Source of the DNA: an uncultured virus (IMG/VR IMGVR_UViG_3300037488_003672)
Lineage: Duplodnaviria > Heunggongvirae > Uroviricota > Caudoviricetes
Direction: 5' to 3' (one strand)
DNA length: 64,000 nucleotides
Virus record (IMG/VR): IMGVR_UViG_3300037488_003672
Shown: in pieces, positions 31,092 through 41,280 of the stretch
How the letters are laid out: each line of letters begins with the position of its first letter
Numbering within the stretch: position 1 is the first letter of the stretch
Notes under the pieces: model-generated
Database searches by the model: none
Told to the model about the DNA's origin: nothing
What the model saw: the letters and a program-made list of their open reading frames with translations, nothing else
Translations under genes and position numbers: made by a program

Positions 31092-32705
31092 ATGGTACAA
31101 TTTAAATTTAATAAAGATGGAAATGCGTATGTTAATGATTTAGCAAAACATCCCAATTCCTTTATTCAAATTGGAGGCGATATTGCGTGGAAGTCCTATG
31201 GAGGTCTCTTTGCATGGTACGATCCAATTAATGAAACAGTAGCAGTTTATAACATCTCCGAGCTTACAGATGCTGAATTAGAAGGGAAATACTCTGTTGG
31301 TACTCAAACCTTTTATTTAGATGAATTTGAGTTTGATCTTAAACAATTAGGATTAGATAAAGTTCAAGATTTGAAATTGAGTCAAATTCTTCGAGAACAA
31401 GTGGGCATGTCTGGCTGTGATGACGAAGTTTATTGCGAAAAATGCAAATCTAAAGATAGAACTATCTTTCCAAATGCTGAAATGGTTGAAAGCCAGATTT
31501 TTGAAAAGGAAATTGTACATGGATTTGGTGAAATCGAACCCGATCAATTAATTATGCAATATTCGGATTCATTTAAACGAGCCAGATTCAAAAATCCTTC
31601 CGAAATTAATAAATATATTTTAGAAAATATTGTCTATCTGAAATTAGAAGGAACAGATCCAATCACCGATTGGTTCGCTTATTCGTTATTAATTACCAAT
31701 AATCGTATAAAAATCAATTGGGATAAGAAGAAAGAAGTCAATGCGTTAGGTGAATCCTTAAATTCAACCCAAAATTGTTATTATGATTTGAAAGAGAAAA
31801 AAATTGTTGCAATGCCGAAAGGTCATTCGGAAGAATCTTTACTTAATTCGCAAAAAGGCAAAACTCACGTGAAAACTTCAATCGTTGCAAAAAAGAGTTC
31901 TAAGAAAATCAGTACAAAGAAGCCCGAACCCACTAAAGTTATTCCAAAAAAGAGTTCCAAGAAAATCACTACAAAGAAGCCCGAACCTACTAAAGTAATT
32001 CCAAAAAAGAGTTCTAAGAAAATCAGTACAAAGAAGCCCGAACCCACTAAAGTTATTCCAAAAAAGAGTTCCAAGAAAATCACTACAAAGAAGCCCGAAC
32101 CTACTAAAGTAATTCCAAAAAAGAGTTCTAAGAAAGCTATTCCAAAACATTTCAAATGTGAATATATTAATGAATTGGATATTACTGTTCCAGACTTCAA
32201 AACCTTTAAAACCTTTAAAATGCAATTTGGGGTTTTGGTAACAAATCCTTATATCATCGACGGAGTATCCATTGTATTAGGAATACGGAAAGAAGATCTT
32301 GAGACTGTCCCTTATTTATTAGATCTTGAGACTGTTACTGTCGTTTATTTATTAGATCCTAACACTTTTGATGTAACTCCCGTAGATATACGTCTCATTA
32401 AAACAGTGAATAATGAAAAACCATTATCTGAAGAGAAAATGATTGATTTTATTAGTTTTGATCATGGTTTAGATTTTGAAAAAGAAGCAAAAATAAATTA
32501 TAAAAAAATAAAAGCCTTTCAAAAAGAACTTATGAAATGTGAGTATATTGATCTTATGGATCTTAAAAAATATCCTAAAGGTTATCGCTTGGAAAAGAGT
32601 TCCAAGAAAACCACTGCAAAGAACGAATCTACATCGGTGAAACCACTTACACTAAAAGAAAAACTATTACTTATGAAAAAAGAAAAAGAACCAAAGCGAA
32701 CCTAA
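31092..32705 (+). CDS. Hypothetical protein: MVQFKFNKDG N-terminus, Lys-rich repeats; partial paralog of ORF 47713
   Basis: ATG 31092; shared SDSFKR...EIN.YIL.NI.Y domain and KKSSKK repeats. Confidence 0.8.
   Translation: MVQFKFNKDGNAYVNDLAKHPNSFIQIGGDIAWKSYGGLFAWYDPINETVAVYNISELTDAELEGKYSVGTQTFYLDEFEFDLKQLGLDKVQDLKLSQILREQVGMSGCDDEVYCEKCKSKDRTIFPNAEMVESQIFEKEIVHGFGEIEPDQLIMQYSDSFKRARFKNPSEINKYILENIVYLKLEGTDPITDWFAYSLLITNNRIKINWDKKKEVNALGESLNSTQNCYYDLKEKKIVAMPKGHSEESLLNSQKGKTHVKTSIVAKKSSKKISTKKPEPTKVIPKKSSKKITTKKPEPTKVIPKKSSKKISTKKPEPTKVIPKKSSKKITTKKPEPTKVIPKKSSKKAIPKHFKCEYINELDITVPDFKTFKTFKMQFGVLVTNPYIIDGVSIVLGIRKEDLETVPYLLDLETVTVVYLLDPNTFDVTPVDIRLIKTVNNEKPLSEEKMIDFISFDHGLDFEKEAKINYKKIKAFQKELMKCEYIDLMDLKKYPKGYRLEKSSKKTTAKNESTSVKPLTLKEKLLLMKKEKEPKRT
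31890..32135 (+). repeat. 57-bp coding tandem repeat x4.3 (KKSSKKI[S/T]TKKPEPTKVIP)
   Basis: Alternating A/B units give a 114-bp super-period. Confidence 0.95.
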
Positions 32706-32733
32706 TGAACTAAACGTCTATTTATAATTTTTT

Positions 32734-33102
32734 TTAAATTATTTTATTTACCTTTGATTGATAGGCAATTTGTCCCTTATAATCGACTTGCTCAATATCT
32801 CGATAATGATGAATTACTCGATTCATTAGATTATGAATATATTCATCTTTTTCATGAATCATATTATAGGATTTTATCAATAACACTGTCATAGGTTCTT
32901 TATATTGCATACTTTCAATAAAAAATTTATGAACTTTTCGAACTAAAATATCGTCAGATTCGGGGATTATTTCTTCGATTATTGGGATTATTATTGGCTT
33001 GGGAGTAAAATCAAGTATTATTTCATTCTCTTGACTCAAATCAAACAGAAAAGATTGAAAAACTAAGGCTTTTTGAGAATGATCTTTTTTTAAATCTGTC
33101 AT
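32734..33102 (-). CDS. Hypothetical protein
   Basis: 122-aa ORF with tatata box upstream. Confidence 0.6.
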   Translation of the reverse strand: MTDLKKDHSQKALVFQSFLFDLSQENEIILDFTPKPIIIPIIEEIIPESDDILVRKVHKFFIESMQYKEPMTVLLIKSYNMIHEKDEYIHNLMNRVIHHYRDIEQVDYKGQIAYQSKVNKII

Positions 33103-33270
33103 AATAAATAATAAAGAACTATTTTTACAATATATATCTTCCTTTCATTTTCCAATTTTGAATAAAATAATAATAACAATTTCACGTGAAAACTCATATC
33201 AATATTTCTTCTCCTTCTCTATCCAAAGATTTATATGCTTTTACTAAATAATCATAATAAGGTTTTTTTA

Positions 33271-33696
33271 ATGTGGAAATTTACTAAAATTGGAAAAGAA
33301 AAAGTGCAAAATGTGATGATCGGAGAAGATGATCGTTCTTGTCATCATACTAATGATGAAATATTTCATGTGGATGTGTTTGGATTAACCTTAACTCAAC
33401 ATATTGATATGAAACAAGCACATGCAGTAATGCTTGTCGAAGGAAAATTGTGGGATTCAGATGGAATTTCCACGCATGGAAAAAGTGCAAAACAAATCGC
33501 TGACGAAGGAACCGAAGCATTTAAGAAAGAAGGAATTTATAATCTCTTTGCATTTCATCCAGAATTATTGAAAAAGGAATATATCGACAATCTTGAACAA
33601 TGTCCGATGCTACATGATAACGATATGCGAGGAATTTCCGTAGTGACTTCGGATGGAATTTTTGATTTTTTGGGGAAGCAAAAGTCATCTAATTGA
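33271..33696 (+). CDS. Hypothetical protein (start probably ATG 33271, MWKFTKIG)
   Basis: ORF 33235..33696; aagg precedes 33271. Confidence 0.65.
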   Translation: MWKFTKIGKEKVQNVMIGEDDRSCHHTNDEIFHVDVFGLTLTQHIDMKQAHAVMLVEGKLWDSDGISTHGKSAKQIADEGTEAFKKEGIYNLFAFHPELLKKEYIDNLEQCPMLHDNDMRGISVVTSDGIFDFLGKQKSSN

Positions 33697-33708
33697 ATGT
33701 TAGATGAC
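33684..33708. terminator. Hairpin gtcatctaa-N7-ttagatgac overlapping a gene end
   Basis: Perfect 9-bp inverted repeat. Confidence 0.35.
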
Positions 33709-33733
33709 ATTTAATTAAAAAAATGGAGATGTA

Positions 33734-33997
33734 ATGAAAATGGATCATAAAAAAAGGGAAGATGTTGCTGAGTTTATTATAGATTTACTCAAAGAAAAGG
33801 AATTTTGGTCTTTTGAAGAGATCTTTGAAAAGCTTAAACTGAAAGATGTTTATACAATGAAAGAGATCGATAGAGTTCTTAACACTTTTATTTTAGCGGG
33901 ATGGGTTGCTCTAAATGATAAGGTCTATCATTTACTTAAAACAACCGAATATTATAACGAACAAACACACAAATACGAACTCTTAGATGACATTTAA
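33734..33997 (+). CDS. Small winged-helix-like protein
   Basis: SFEEIFEKL...EIDRVLNTF..AGWV. Confidence 0.6.
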   Translation: MKMDHKKREDVAEFIIDLLKEKEFWSFEEIFEKLKLKDVYTMKEIDRVLNTFILAGWVALNDKVYHLLKTTEYYNEQTHKYELLDDI

Positions 33998-34029
33998 TAA
34001 AAAATGGAAAAAAGCGAGGAATAAAAACG

Positions 34030-34395
34030 ATGGAAAACGAAATACCAGATAAAATTGCATTAGAAACAGAACAATGCGAAGATGAAATTATAAAAACAAC
34101 GAAAAAATTAAATGAATTAAACAAAAAATTATTAAATCTTCATATTTTAGGATTAGAACAAAAATTCAATCCTCACATTCTCCTAAGTTTGAAAATGCTT
34201 GGGGAAAGCGATGAAGATGGAATGCAAATAAATGGAATTGATTATTGGAATTATCTGGAAAAAATTAAAGTCGGAACCGTCATTTTAGTTAAAAAAATGG
34301 CTGATAATGATGATTTTTTTCCAATTTCATTAGGAATTTTAACAATTCTGAATCAAAAACCATTAAAATATAAATATGATATTTATTACAAATAA
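34030..34395 (+). CDS. Hypothetical protein
   Basis: gagg RBS; short N-terminal coiled coil. Confidence 0.65.
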   Translation: MENEIPDKIALETEQCEDEIIKTTKKLNELNKKLLNLHILGLEQKFNPHILLSLKMLGESDEDGMQINGIDYWNYLEKIKVGTVILVKKMADNDDFFPISLGILTILNQKPLKYKYDIYYK

Positions 34396-34487
34396 TTTTT
34401 TACTCTTTCTCTACCTTCCAAATTTACTCCTTCAAACGCACTAAAAACGCATTAAAAGTGGGGAAAAAAGTGCTTTTTTTCGGTTTT

Positions 34488-34586
34488 TTGAATTTAGTAA
34501 GGTAAATTAAAATCGAAAGGCAAAGTATGCGAAAATTTCAGTTAATATAAAGAAAAAAATAGAAAAATAATACTTCACGTGAAGAA
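34488..34586 (+). repeat. Direct repeat A, copy 1 (~99 bp; copy 2 at 35828..35927)
   Basis: ttgaatttagta...tacttcacgtgaagaa near-identical. Confidence 0.9.
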
Positions 34587-34689
34587 AATTTGTAATTAAA
34601 TTTGTAAACAATTACATGCATTATTTTAGCAGATTCAATTGAAGATTCATTTGTCTTATATGCAAGAATCATGCAAAATATTTGCATTA

Positions 34690-35565
34690 TTATTTCATAA
34701 ATCTTTGAAGGTTTGAAAATTGCCCTATTCGTTTTTTTATTATTGTTTTAAATTCTGGATTTATTTCAAATCCGATACTATTCCGTTTTAAATCTTTGGC
34801 TGCTCGACTCGTTGTCCCAGTACCAGCAAAAGGATCGAGAATTAAATCTCCAATAAAACTCCATAAAGTGATACATCTTTTAGGAATTTCAATTGGATAC
34901 GCTGCTGGATGTCCATCAACATGATCACCAGCAAATGACCAGATTTGAGATGTATATTCTTCCCACGTTTTTTTAGATATTTTAGATTGTTCTCTTATAT
35001 CTTGAGAACGAGAAATTGGTTTAGATTCGGGATTAGTTTTTTTTCTAAAAATCAAAACATATTCTATTTTTGATGAAACATGTGCACTTGGAGGATAGGG
35101 ATACGAACCAATAAAATTTAACGCAGATGTATGTTGTGCCGCCCCACCTCCAATTTTTTCCCACAATATTGCACCAAGATATTTAAAATTCTCTGATATT
35201 GCATCTTCAATTAAATAAGCATGAAGTGGAATCATCTCAAAATTACCTCTCAATTTTGGATCGGCTATTTCTCCAGATGGAACGGTTTTATCTCGGATAT
35301 TTACAATCATTCTTCTTGCTTCTTTTAAAACTCGAAAACATTCTCTAAAAACTTCTCTAATTTTTTCCCGATATTGTTCCATAGATTGTCCAAAACCTAT
35401 TTGGTTTTTATTTCCATAATCTTTCAAATTCCAATAAGGAGGAGATGTTATTATTAAATCTATTGATTCATTTTCAATTCTTTGTTTCATTCCTTCAATA
35501 CAATCTTGAAAATATATCTTCTGATTAGTGATTCCATCATTGATTTCAAAAAAATTTTCTTCCAT
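34690..35565 (-). CDS. Beta-class amino DNA methyltransferase (N4-C/N6-A)
   Basis: Motif IV ITSPPY before motif I LDPFAGTGTT; HPAAYP. Confidence 0.9.
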   Translation of the reverse strand: MEENFFEINDGITNQKIYFQDCIEGMKQRIENESIDLIITSPPYWNLKDYGNKNQIGFGQSMEQYREKIREVFRECFRVLKEARRMIVNIRDKTVPSGEIADPKLRGNFEMIPLHAYLIEDAISENFKYLGAILWEKIGGGAAQHTSALNFIGSYPYPPSAHVSSKIEYVLIFRKKTNPESKPISRSQDIREQSKISKKTWEEYTSQIWSFAGDHVDGHPAAYPIEIPKRCITLWSFIGDLILDPFAGTGTTSRAAKDLKRNSIGFEINPEFKTIIKKRIGQFSNLQRFMK

Positions 35566-35614
35566 ATTTAGCTACTCCTTGAATATAATCTAATAAAGAT
35601 TACTTAAATAAATA

Positions 35615-35827
35615 AAAAAATTTGAATTGGTTTTATCGATTGAAATTACTCGATTTAAACAGTTTAATAGATGCGTTATATTGTTGCTTAGATTAAACAC
35701 TCTTTTTTCTTCCCTTTAATCGAATTTTCTTCCCAATAAAATGATTTTTCTCTCGTTAAGTTAATTCAAACAAATAAAAACGCAATATTTTTCACAATCC
35801 CACAAAAAACAATCTTTCTTCACGTGA
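35615..35827 (+). repeat. Direct repeat B, copy 1 (~213 bp; copy 2 at 36790..37002); orphan 3' end of gene 36359..36871
   Basis: aaaaaatttgaattgg...ctttcttcacgtga near-identical. Confidence 0.9.
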
Positions 35828-35999
35828 TTGAATTTAGTAGGGGTAAATTAAAATCGAAAGGCAAAGTATGCGAAAATTTCAGTTAATATAAAGAAAAAAA
35901 TAGAAAAATAATACTTCACGTGAAGAATATCAATGGTATTATTTTCATAGATATCCCCAAATATTTAAATGTTTTTGAAATATTAATTGATCGATCATT

Positions 36000-36368
36000 A
36001 TGTTCAAATGTGAAAAATTAGGTAATTCAAGAATAGTTAATGTTGATCTGTGGGGGAATAAATTTTGGATAATAACCGATCCTATTGGTAAGAGTAGTGT
36101 TATTCAATATTTATGTCCTTTTTGTCATAGTGAACCAATTGATTCAATATGGAGTGAAAACAGAGTTTTAAATTGTGCAATGAAAGAGATTAATCCCGAA
36201 TATGCTCAGATTTGTGATCAATGTCAATTTATTTTATCTTATGATCATGAAAGTAAAAATGAAAGGGAATTTATTGGTCACTTAAAAGATATTTTTATAA
36301 ATTATAAACATAATTTTGACTGGATTGCCTATAATAAGCATAAAAAATCAATGAATTTATGGAAATGA
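36000..36368 (+). CDS. Zn-finger protein
   Basis: CPFC...CDQC. Confidence 0.65.
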   Translation: MFKCEKLGNSRIVNVDLWGNKFWIITDPIGKSSVIQYLCPFCHSEPIDSIWSENRVLNCAMKEINPEYAQICDQCQFILSYDHESKNEREFIGHLKDIFINYKHNFDWIAYNKHKKSMNLWK

Positions 36369-36871
36369 TTACAATGATAAAAGAAAGCCGAATAAATCGT
36401 CTTTTTCCTATGTTTAAGAAAAAAAGAGAAGAGATAAATTGCCTTGATCCAAACTCGGATCTAAAACAAATCGATAAAGAATTATCTATTGTTATTCCGT
36501 TATTGGATGAAATGATTCTTCTTCTGACGAAGCAAGAATCTTCTTCGGAAATGCAAAAATGGGAATTTACGAAAGAGAAAAAAAAAACCATTACTTTGAC
36601 TAACTATGATGAAAAAATCTCCGTTCTTTTGAAAATTTACGAAAGACTTGAAGAATATCAACTCAGTATTGAACAAGATTATGAAGTTCTTAATGTTTTA
36701 TTATTAAATATTATGCACAAAGAAACCATTATCAATGTGAATAACTTATATAAGCTTCGAGAAGCATTTCAGACTTGTTTTAATGAATCAAAAAATTTGA
36801 ATTGGTTTTATCGATTGAAATTACTCGATTTAAACAGTTTAATAGATGCGTTATATTGTTGCTTAGATTAA
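36359..36871 (+). CDS. Hypothetical helical protein
   Basis: 170-aa ORF. Confidence 0.65.
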   Translation: MEMITMIKESRINRLFPMFKKKREEINCLDPNSDLKQIDKELSIVIPLLDEMILLLTKQESSSEMQKWEFTKEKKKTITLTNYDEKISVLLKIYERLEEYQLSIEQDYEVLNVLLLNIMHKETIINVNNLYKLREAFQTCFNESKNLNWFYRLKLLDLNSLIDALYCCLD

Positions 36872-37072
36872 ACAATCTTTTTTCTTCCCTTTAATCGAAT
36901 TTTCTTCCCAATAAAATGATTTTTCTCTCGTTAAGTTAATTCAAACAAATAAAAACGCAATATTTTTCACAATCCAACAAAAAACAATCTTTCTTCACGT
37001 GAATTTTTACAATCTTAAACAAAAATCAACTAAACCCAATATTTATTATCTTAATTAATTATTATCTCATAT

Positions 37073-37345
37073 ATGAAAACAAATTTTAAATATCTTCAGC
37101 AGTTAATTGATGGAAAATGGTCATTCAAACTCACAAGTGAAGACTATAACACAAGAGAAGAAATGTTAGACGATTTAACTAAAATCACAATGTTTGTAAT
37201 TTCTAAAACAACGTATGAAGAAGAAAAAAAACCAATTCTAAACCAAATTTCCAGTATCTTTCGAAATCAAGATCATTGCATTAATAAACCAATCGATTTT
37301 GAAAGTCTTATCTTATCAAATGCTCACACATTTTCTGGAGAATAA
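37073..37345 (+). CDS. Small hypothetical protein
   Basis: 90-aa ORF downstream of motif and tttatta box. Confidence 0.6.
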   Translation: MKTNFKYLQQLIDGKWSFKLTSEDYNTREEMLDDLTKITMFVISKTTYEEEKKPILNQISSIFRNQDHCINKPIDFESLILSNAHTFSGE

Positions 37346-37368
37346 AATATAAAAAACGTGAAAAACTT

Positions 37369-37896
37369 ATGAATATGCAATTTATTAGCAGAAATGAAAA
37401 ATCAAGCGATCTCTGGGAGACTCCCCTTGATTTTTTTGAACCCCTTAATCGTGAATTTCACTTTACGTTAGACGCTTGTGCATCACATGAAAATCACCTA
37501 CTTCCCAAATATTTTACGATTGAAACTAACGGACTAATACAAAGCTGGGAAGGAGAATGTGTGTTTATTAATCCTCCTTTTTCCACATTCTCCGCATGGA
37601 TTGAAAAAGCCTATTTTGAATCGAAAAAAAACGATATCACCATTGTAATGATTATTCCTTCCCGAACTGATACAAAAGCGTGGCATAATTTTGCGATGAA
37701 AGCTAACCAAATTCGCTTTTGCATCCCCAGAGTTAATTTTTTATTAAATAAACAAAAAACTAAGAATGGATCGACCTTTCCCTTATCAATTATTGTCTTT
37801 CAACCCAATAAAAACCCCTATCCTTCGGTTTCAAGTTATTATTGGAAAGAACAATCAAAAAATCCGTTAAAAAAAGGAGACGTTTTCTTTTATTAA
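37369..37896 (+). CDS. Phage-type DNA N6-adenine methyltransferase (Dam-like family)
   Basis: WETP, FTLDACAS, VFINPPFS, PSRTDT motifs. Confidence 0.9.
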   Translation: MNMQFISRNEKSSDLWETPLDFFEPLNREFHFTLDACASHENHLLPKYFTIETNGLIQSWEGECVFINPPFSTFSAWIEKAYFESKKNDITIVMIIPSRTDTKAWHNFAMKANQIRFCIPRVNFLLNKQKTKNGSTFPLSIIVFQPNKNPYPSVSSYYWKEQSKNPLKKGDVFFY

Positions 37897-37970
37897 GAAA
37901 TCAAAAATCACGTGAATAACCACATGATAAAACCGTTAAATTAATATCTAACTGGTTTCTTAATTGTTTT

Positions 37971-38267
37971 ATGTCGGACAAATTATTTACCTTTTTTTCT
38001 AAAATTCATGATAACATCGAAATAACAACGATTCTCGAACAATTTACCATTTCCGAAATCGTTCTATTTCTCAATCAATTATCTACTGAAGTGTTTTTGA
38101 AAATCAAATGGAGTTCTAATGTTACGCTTAATTTAATTAAAGAATGCCTTCTCAAAAATTATAATTCTTCGATGAAAATTGAATTTACTGAAAAAGGAAA
38201 AAAACTACATAACGATCTAAAACTCATGGTAAAAAATCACGAACATATTCTTCTAAACATCGTTTAA
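37971..38267 (+). CDS. Winged-helix-like protein
   Basis: C-terminal IEFTEKGKKL wing motif. Confidence 0.55.
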   Translation: MSDKLFTFFSKIHDNIEITTILEQFTISEIVLFLNQLSTEVFLKIKWSSNVTLNLIKECLLKNYNSSMKIEFTEKGKKLHNDLKLMVKNHEHILLNIV

Positions 38268-38868
38268 ATTCGAATTGAAACTCTCTTTGAGCATGTAAAT
38301 TTCGAACTACTGCATCTAAATGTTCAATAAACTTTGTTTTTGGAACGCAAAGTACCAAAGGAAGAAAGGCTTGTTCGGACTCTTGAAATTCTCTCTCTTT
38401 TTGAAGTATGGTTTGCATCAACAATAATTGATGTTTTTCACTCAAGTTCTCATTGATTAGAACCCCAATCGCTTCGTTTCTTAAAATTAATTGATATACC
38501 GAACCAATATCTTCATTGGATATTCTTAAAGTGTCAAGTATATCACTCAATTTCAATTCTCCCTTTTGCTTCTGAAGAGCCATAATCGTTTTATAATGAT
38601 GACAAGTAGGATGGATCACTAAAACCATCTCATCATTTTCATGCCAGAAATACTTAAAAGGAAAAATACGACACAATAATGGTCGTTCCTCATAAATTGA
38701 ACATCGATTGTCTACTAAAAATTGACAAGGACTCTTCATTTGAATTAAAAAGGGATCTGCGTTATATTCGAATTGTTTCAATTTCTTCATCCGAACAAAC
38801 TCAAAAAAATGCAGATCAATATTTTCATGTTTTGTATTGCAACATGAACAACAATTTGAGCAATTCAT
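38224..38868 (-). CDS. YkgJ-family cysteine cluster protein
   Basis: CxxCxxCC, CQFL...CSIYEERPLLCRIFPF. Confidence 0.85.
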   Translation of the reverse strand: MNCSNCCSCCNTKHENIDLHFFEFVRMKKLKQFEYNADPFLIQMKSPCQFLVDNRCSIYEERPLLCRIFPFKYFWHENDEMVLVIHPTCHHYKTIMALQKQKGELKLSDILDTLRISNEDIGSVYQLILRNEAIGVLINENLSEKHQLLLMQTILQKEREFQESEQAFLPLVLCVPKTKFIEHLDAVVRNLHAQREFQFEFKRCLEEYVRDFLP

Positions 38869-38948
38869 AATAACTTAAATGAACTAACAATAAATAAACG
38901 TTTCTACTTTCAAAAGAATATTTCGATTAAAATTCACGTGAAAAAAGA

Positions 38949-39776
38949 TTAAATATGTTTTAAGAGTTTATAGAGTTGACGAATTTGTTTCTGTCCAAAT
39001 TTTATTTTATATTTTTTGATCAATTCCTCAAATTTATACGATCCTAAGAACAATTCTAACCAAATTGCTTCTTCTACTGTCCAGAACGAATAATTATCAA
39101 ACGATAATTCTTTTCGGTTCCTTCTCTCAAACACAGATTCTCCTTCCTTCAAAATCCGAGCATAATTTCGAGAAGCCCAAATATCTGCATAGAAATAATC
39201 ATAATGTTTCTCACTTTTATAATGAAAGAAATTGGCTTCTATCAAGTTCACTTTCGGATGGTTTGGGAAGAGTTCTTCATACATTTGAATTGCTAACGCA
39301 TCATTATCAATAACATCAATCGATAAAACCGATTCTTTTTCTTGTAATTGATTCACAATAAATCCTAAGCCTAAACCCGCAATCAATATATGACCATTTC
39401 CCCATAAAAACGGATTGATATGGGATTGTACTTCCATCGGACTAATTGACATATATAATTCTCCATCCAGATAGAGAACGGGATATTTCATATTCTCGTT
39501 TAAAATCGTATCATTTGAGAGGTAAAAATCAAACTTATTTCCAGACTCAAAATTTAGTATATCAATCTCCGCAAAATCTCGCTCAACTTTCCGATATTGT
39601 TTTGAAATCGCATTACAAAAATCAGCATATATTCGTTGATCAGTGAACAAACCTTTTTTTAATTCTCGCAATAAATCCGAAATTAACGGTTTTCGTTGAG
39701 TAAAAATCTTAGGCGTTATAGATGCTTGAAACGATTCTCTCTCTCCATCGTTTTGAAATCGAAATTTCTTAATCAT
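38949..39776 (-). CDS. Class I SAM-binding fold protein (spermidine-synthase/methyltransferase-like)
   Basis: ILIAGLGLG, IDVID, YDYFYADIW; N-terminus MIKKFRFQNDG. Confidence 0.7.
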   Translation of the reverse strand: MIKKFRFQNDGERESFQASITPKIFTQRKPLISDLLRELKKGLFTDQRIYADFCNAISKQYRKVERDFAEIDILNFESGNKFDFYLSNDTILNENMKYPVLYLDGELYMSISPMEVQSHINPFLWGNGHILIAGLGLGFIVNQLQEKESVLSIDVIDNDALAIQMYEELFPNHPKVNLIEANFFHYKSEKHYDYFYADIWASRNYARILKEGESVFERRNRKELSFDNYSFWTVEEAIWLELFLGSYKFEELIKKYKIKFGQKQIRQLYKLLKHI

Positions 39777-39797
39777 ATTTGAATTATTATACGCATA

Positions 39798-39912
<115 letters not shown>

Positions 39913-39931
39913 GTGAGTCGGAGGGAATTAC

Positions 39932-40084
39932 ATGAGCCGAACTAAACGAATTTATAATGTCAATGGAATTTATGGCGAAATTTGTATGGGAAATTGTAAA
40001 TTCTGTAAGGATTTACGCAAAAATCAAAAAAAACGCACATTCAAACACGAACAATTCCGCATTCGAATCGTGGAAATGATTTAA
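39932..40084 (+). CDS. 50-aa basic Cys-containing protein (not in ORF track)
   Basis: ggagg RBS; MSRTKRIYN...CMGNCKFCKD...; T-tract after stop. Confidence 0.55.
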   Translation: MSRTKRIYNVNGIYGEICMGNCKFCKDLRKNQKKRTFKHEQFRIRIVEMI

Positions 40085-40203
40085 TCTTTTTTTCGCTTTT
40101 ATTTCGAACCTTGCATCGAAGTATTTATTTTTTATTTATTTATTTATTTGGTTTATCATTCATAAAAAGATAATTTTTTTAACTTTCTCATTGAAGTTTA
40201 ATT

Positions 40204-40368
40204 ATGAAAAATATGAAAGAAAAATGCGATAGAATCAAATTAAAGAAAAAAGAATGTTTTAATTGCGATCAATTATTTGACATTGAGACGTTAATTCTCT
40301 ATATTGATTCAACTGGGAAAGCGGTCTTTCTCTGTAAGACTTGCTATAATAAAATCATAAAAAATTAG
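40204..40368 (+). CDS. 54-aa Zn-finger protein (not in ORF track)
   Basis: Leaderless after the 43-bp repeat; CFNC...CKTC. Confidence 0.6.
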   Translation: MKNMKEKCDRIKLKKKECFNCDQLFDIETLILYIDSTGKAVFLCKTCYNKIIKN

Positions 40369-40730
40369 GGTTTTACCAATATCGTTTTCATAACTTCTTG
40401 TTTAAGTTCTTTTCCAAATTCGATAAATCGTTCCGTATATATTTCGATGGCTTCTCTGGATTTAGGCGTTAAACAAAGAAAGGAAGGAATATCAAGATTG
40501 CATTTACTACACCACATAAAATAATTATATTCCGAAAACTCTAATCGTTGAAAGGCTTCCTTTATATTCCCTTGTTTATCAAAAACTGATATGCCTTCAT
40601 GAATCCCCGTAGTACAAAGGGGACACGCATAATCTAATTCAAATGGCAATTGAAATGGGGTACCCTTAATCCTTCTCCCAAATATCTTTTCTGCTTCTAA
40701 ATTCTCAGAGACTTTCGGTTTCTTCTTCAT
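40365..40730 (-). CDS. Zn-finger protein
   Basis: CPLC...CSKC. Confidence 0.65.
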   Translation of the reverse strand: MKKKPKVSENLEAEKIFGRRIKGTPFQLPFELDYACPLCTTGIHEGISVFDKQGNIKEAFQRLEFSEYNYFMWCSKCNLDIPSFLCLTPKSREAIEIYTERFIEFGKELKQEVMKTILVKP

Positions 40731-41001
40731 TTTCTATTTCATCTTCTTGGCTTTTCTTCGTCTTCTTTCGAGGAACATATTCTTTCATTATTCCCTTACA
40801 TTTATCACAGATTAAATCGCTTTCATCAAGTATCTTTTTTCGAAGTCGCCTTTCAAATTTACATTTAACATTATTACATTTCAAAAAATGGTGATTTGAA
40901 TCAATTACAACAGTTTCAACTTCTAAAAGATCTTTCTTTGGAGTTGTTTTCTTCTTCTCAATCGGTTTTTTGACGTTTTTTAAAAATCCTTCTAATCCCA
41001 T
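40705..41001 (-). CDS. Zn-ribbon protein
   Basis: CNNVKC...CDKC. Confidence 0.65.
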   Translation of the reverse strand: MGLEGFLKNVKKPIEKKKTTPKKDLLEVETVVIDSNHHFLKCNNVKCKFERRLRKKILDESDLICDKCKGIMKEYVPRKKTKKSQEDEIENEEETESL

Positions 41002-41280
41002 ATTTTATTTTTATCTTGAAAACAATTTAAACATGATGAAAAAAGAGAGAAAACTATAATAACAAATATTTCACGTGAATAATTAAAGTAGTATTTTATT
41101 GAATTATGAAAACCTCATTTCTTTTTTAATTATTACATCGATTATGGCTTTCAATTCGCTTTTGAACCCGTTTTAATTTAATTTTTTTACTTTATTTTTA
41201 TTGGATTTTCCAAATTGAAAAATCACATGGAGAATCTTTTATTAACATTAAATCGTAAATTAAGATAATTACAATACAAT

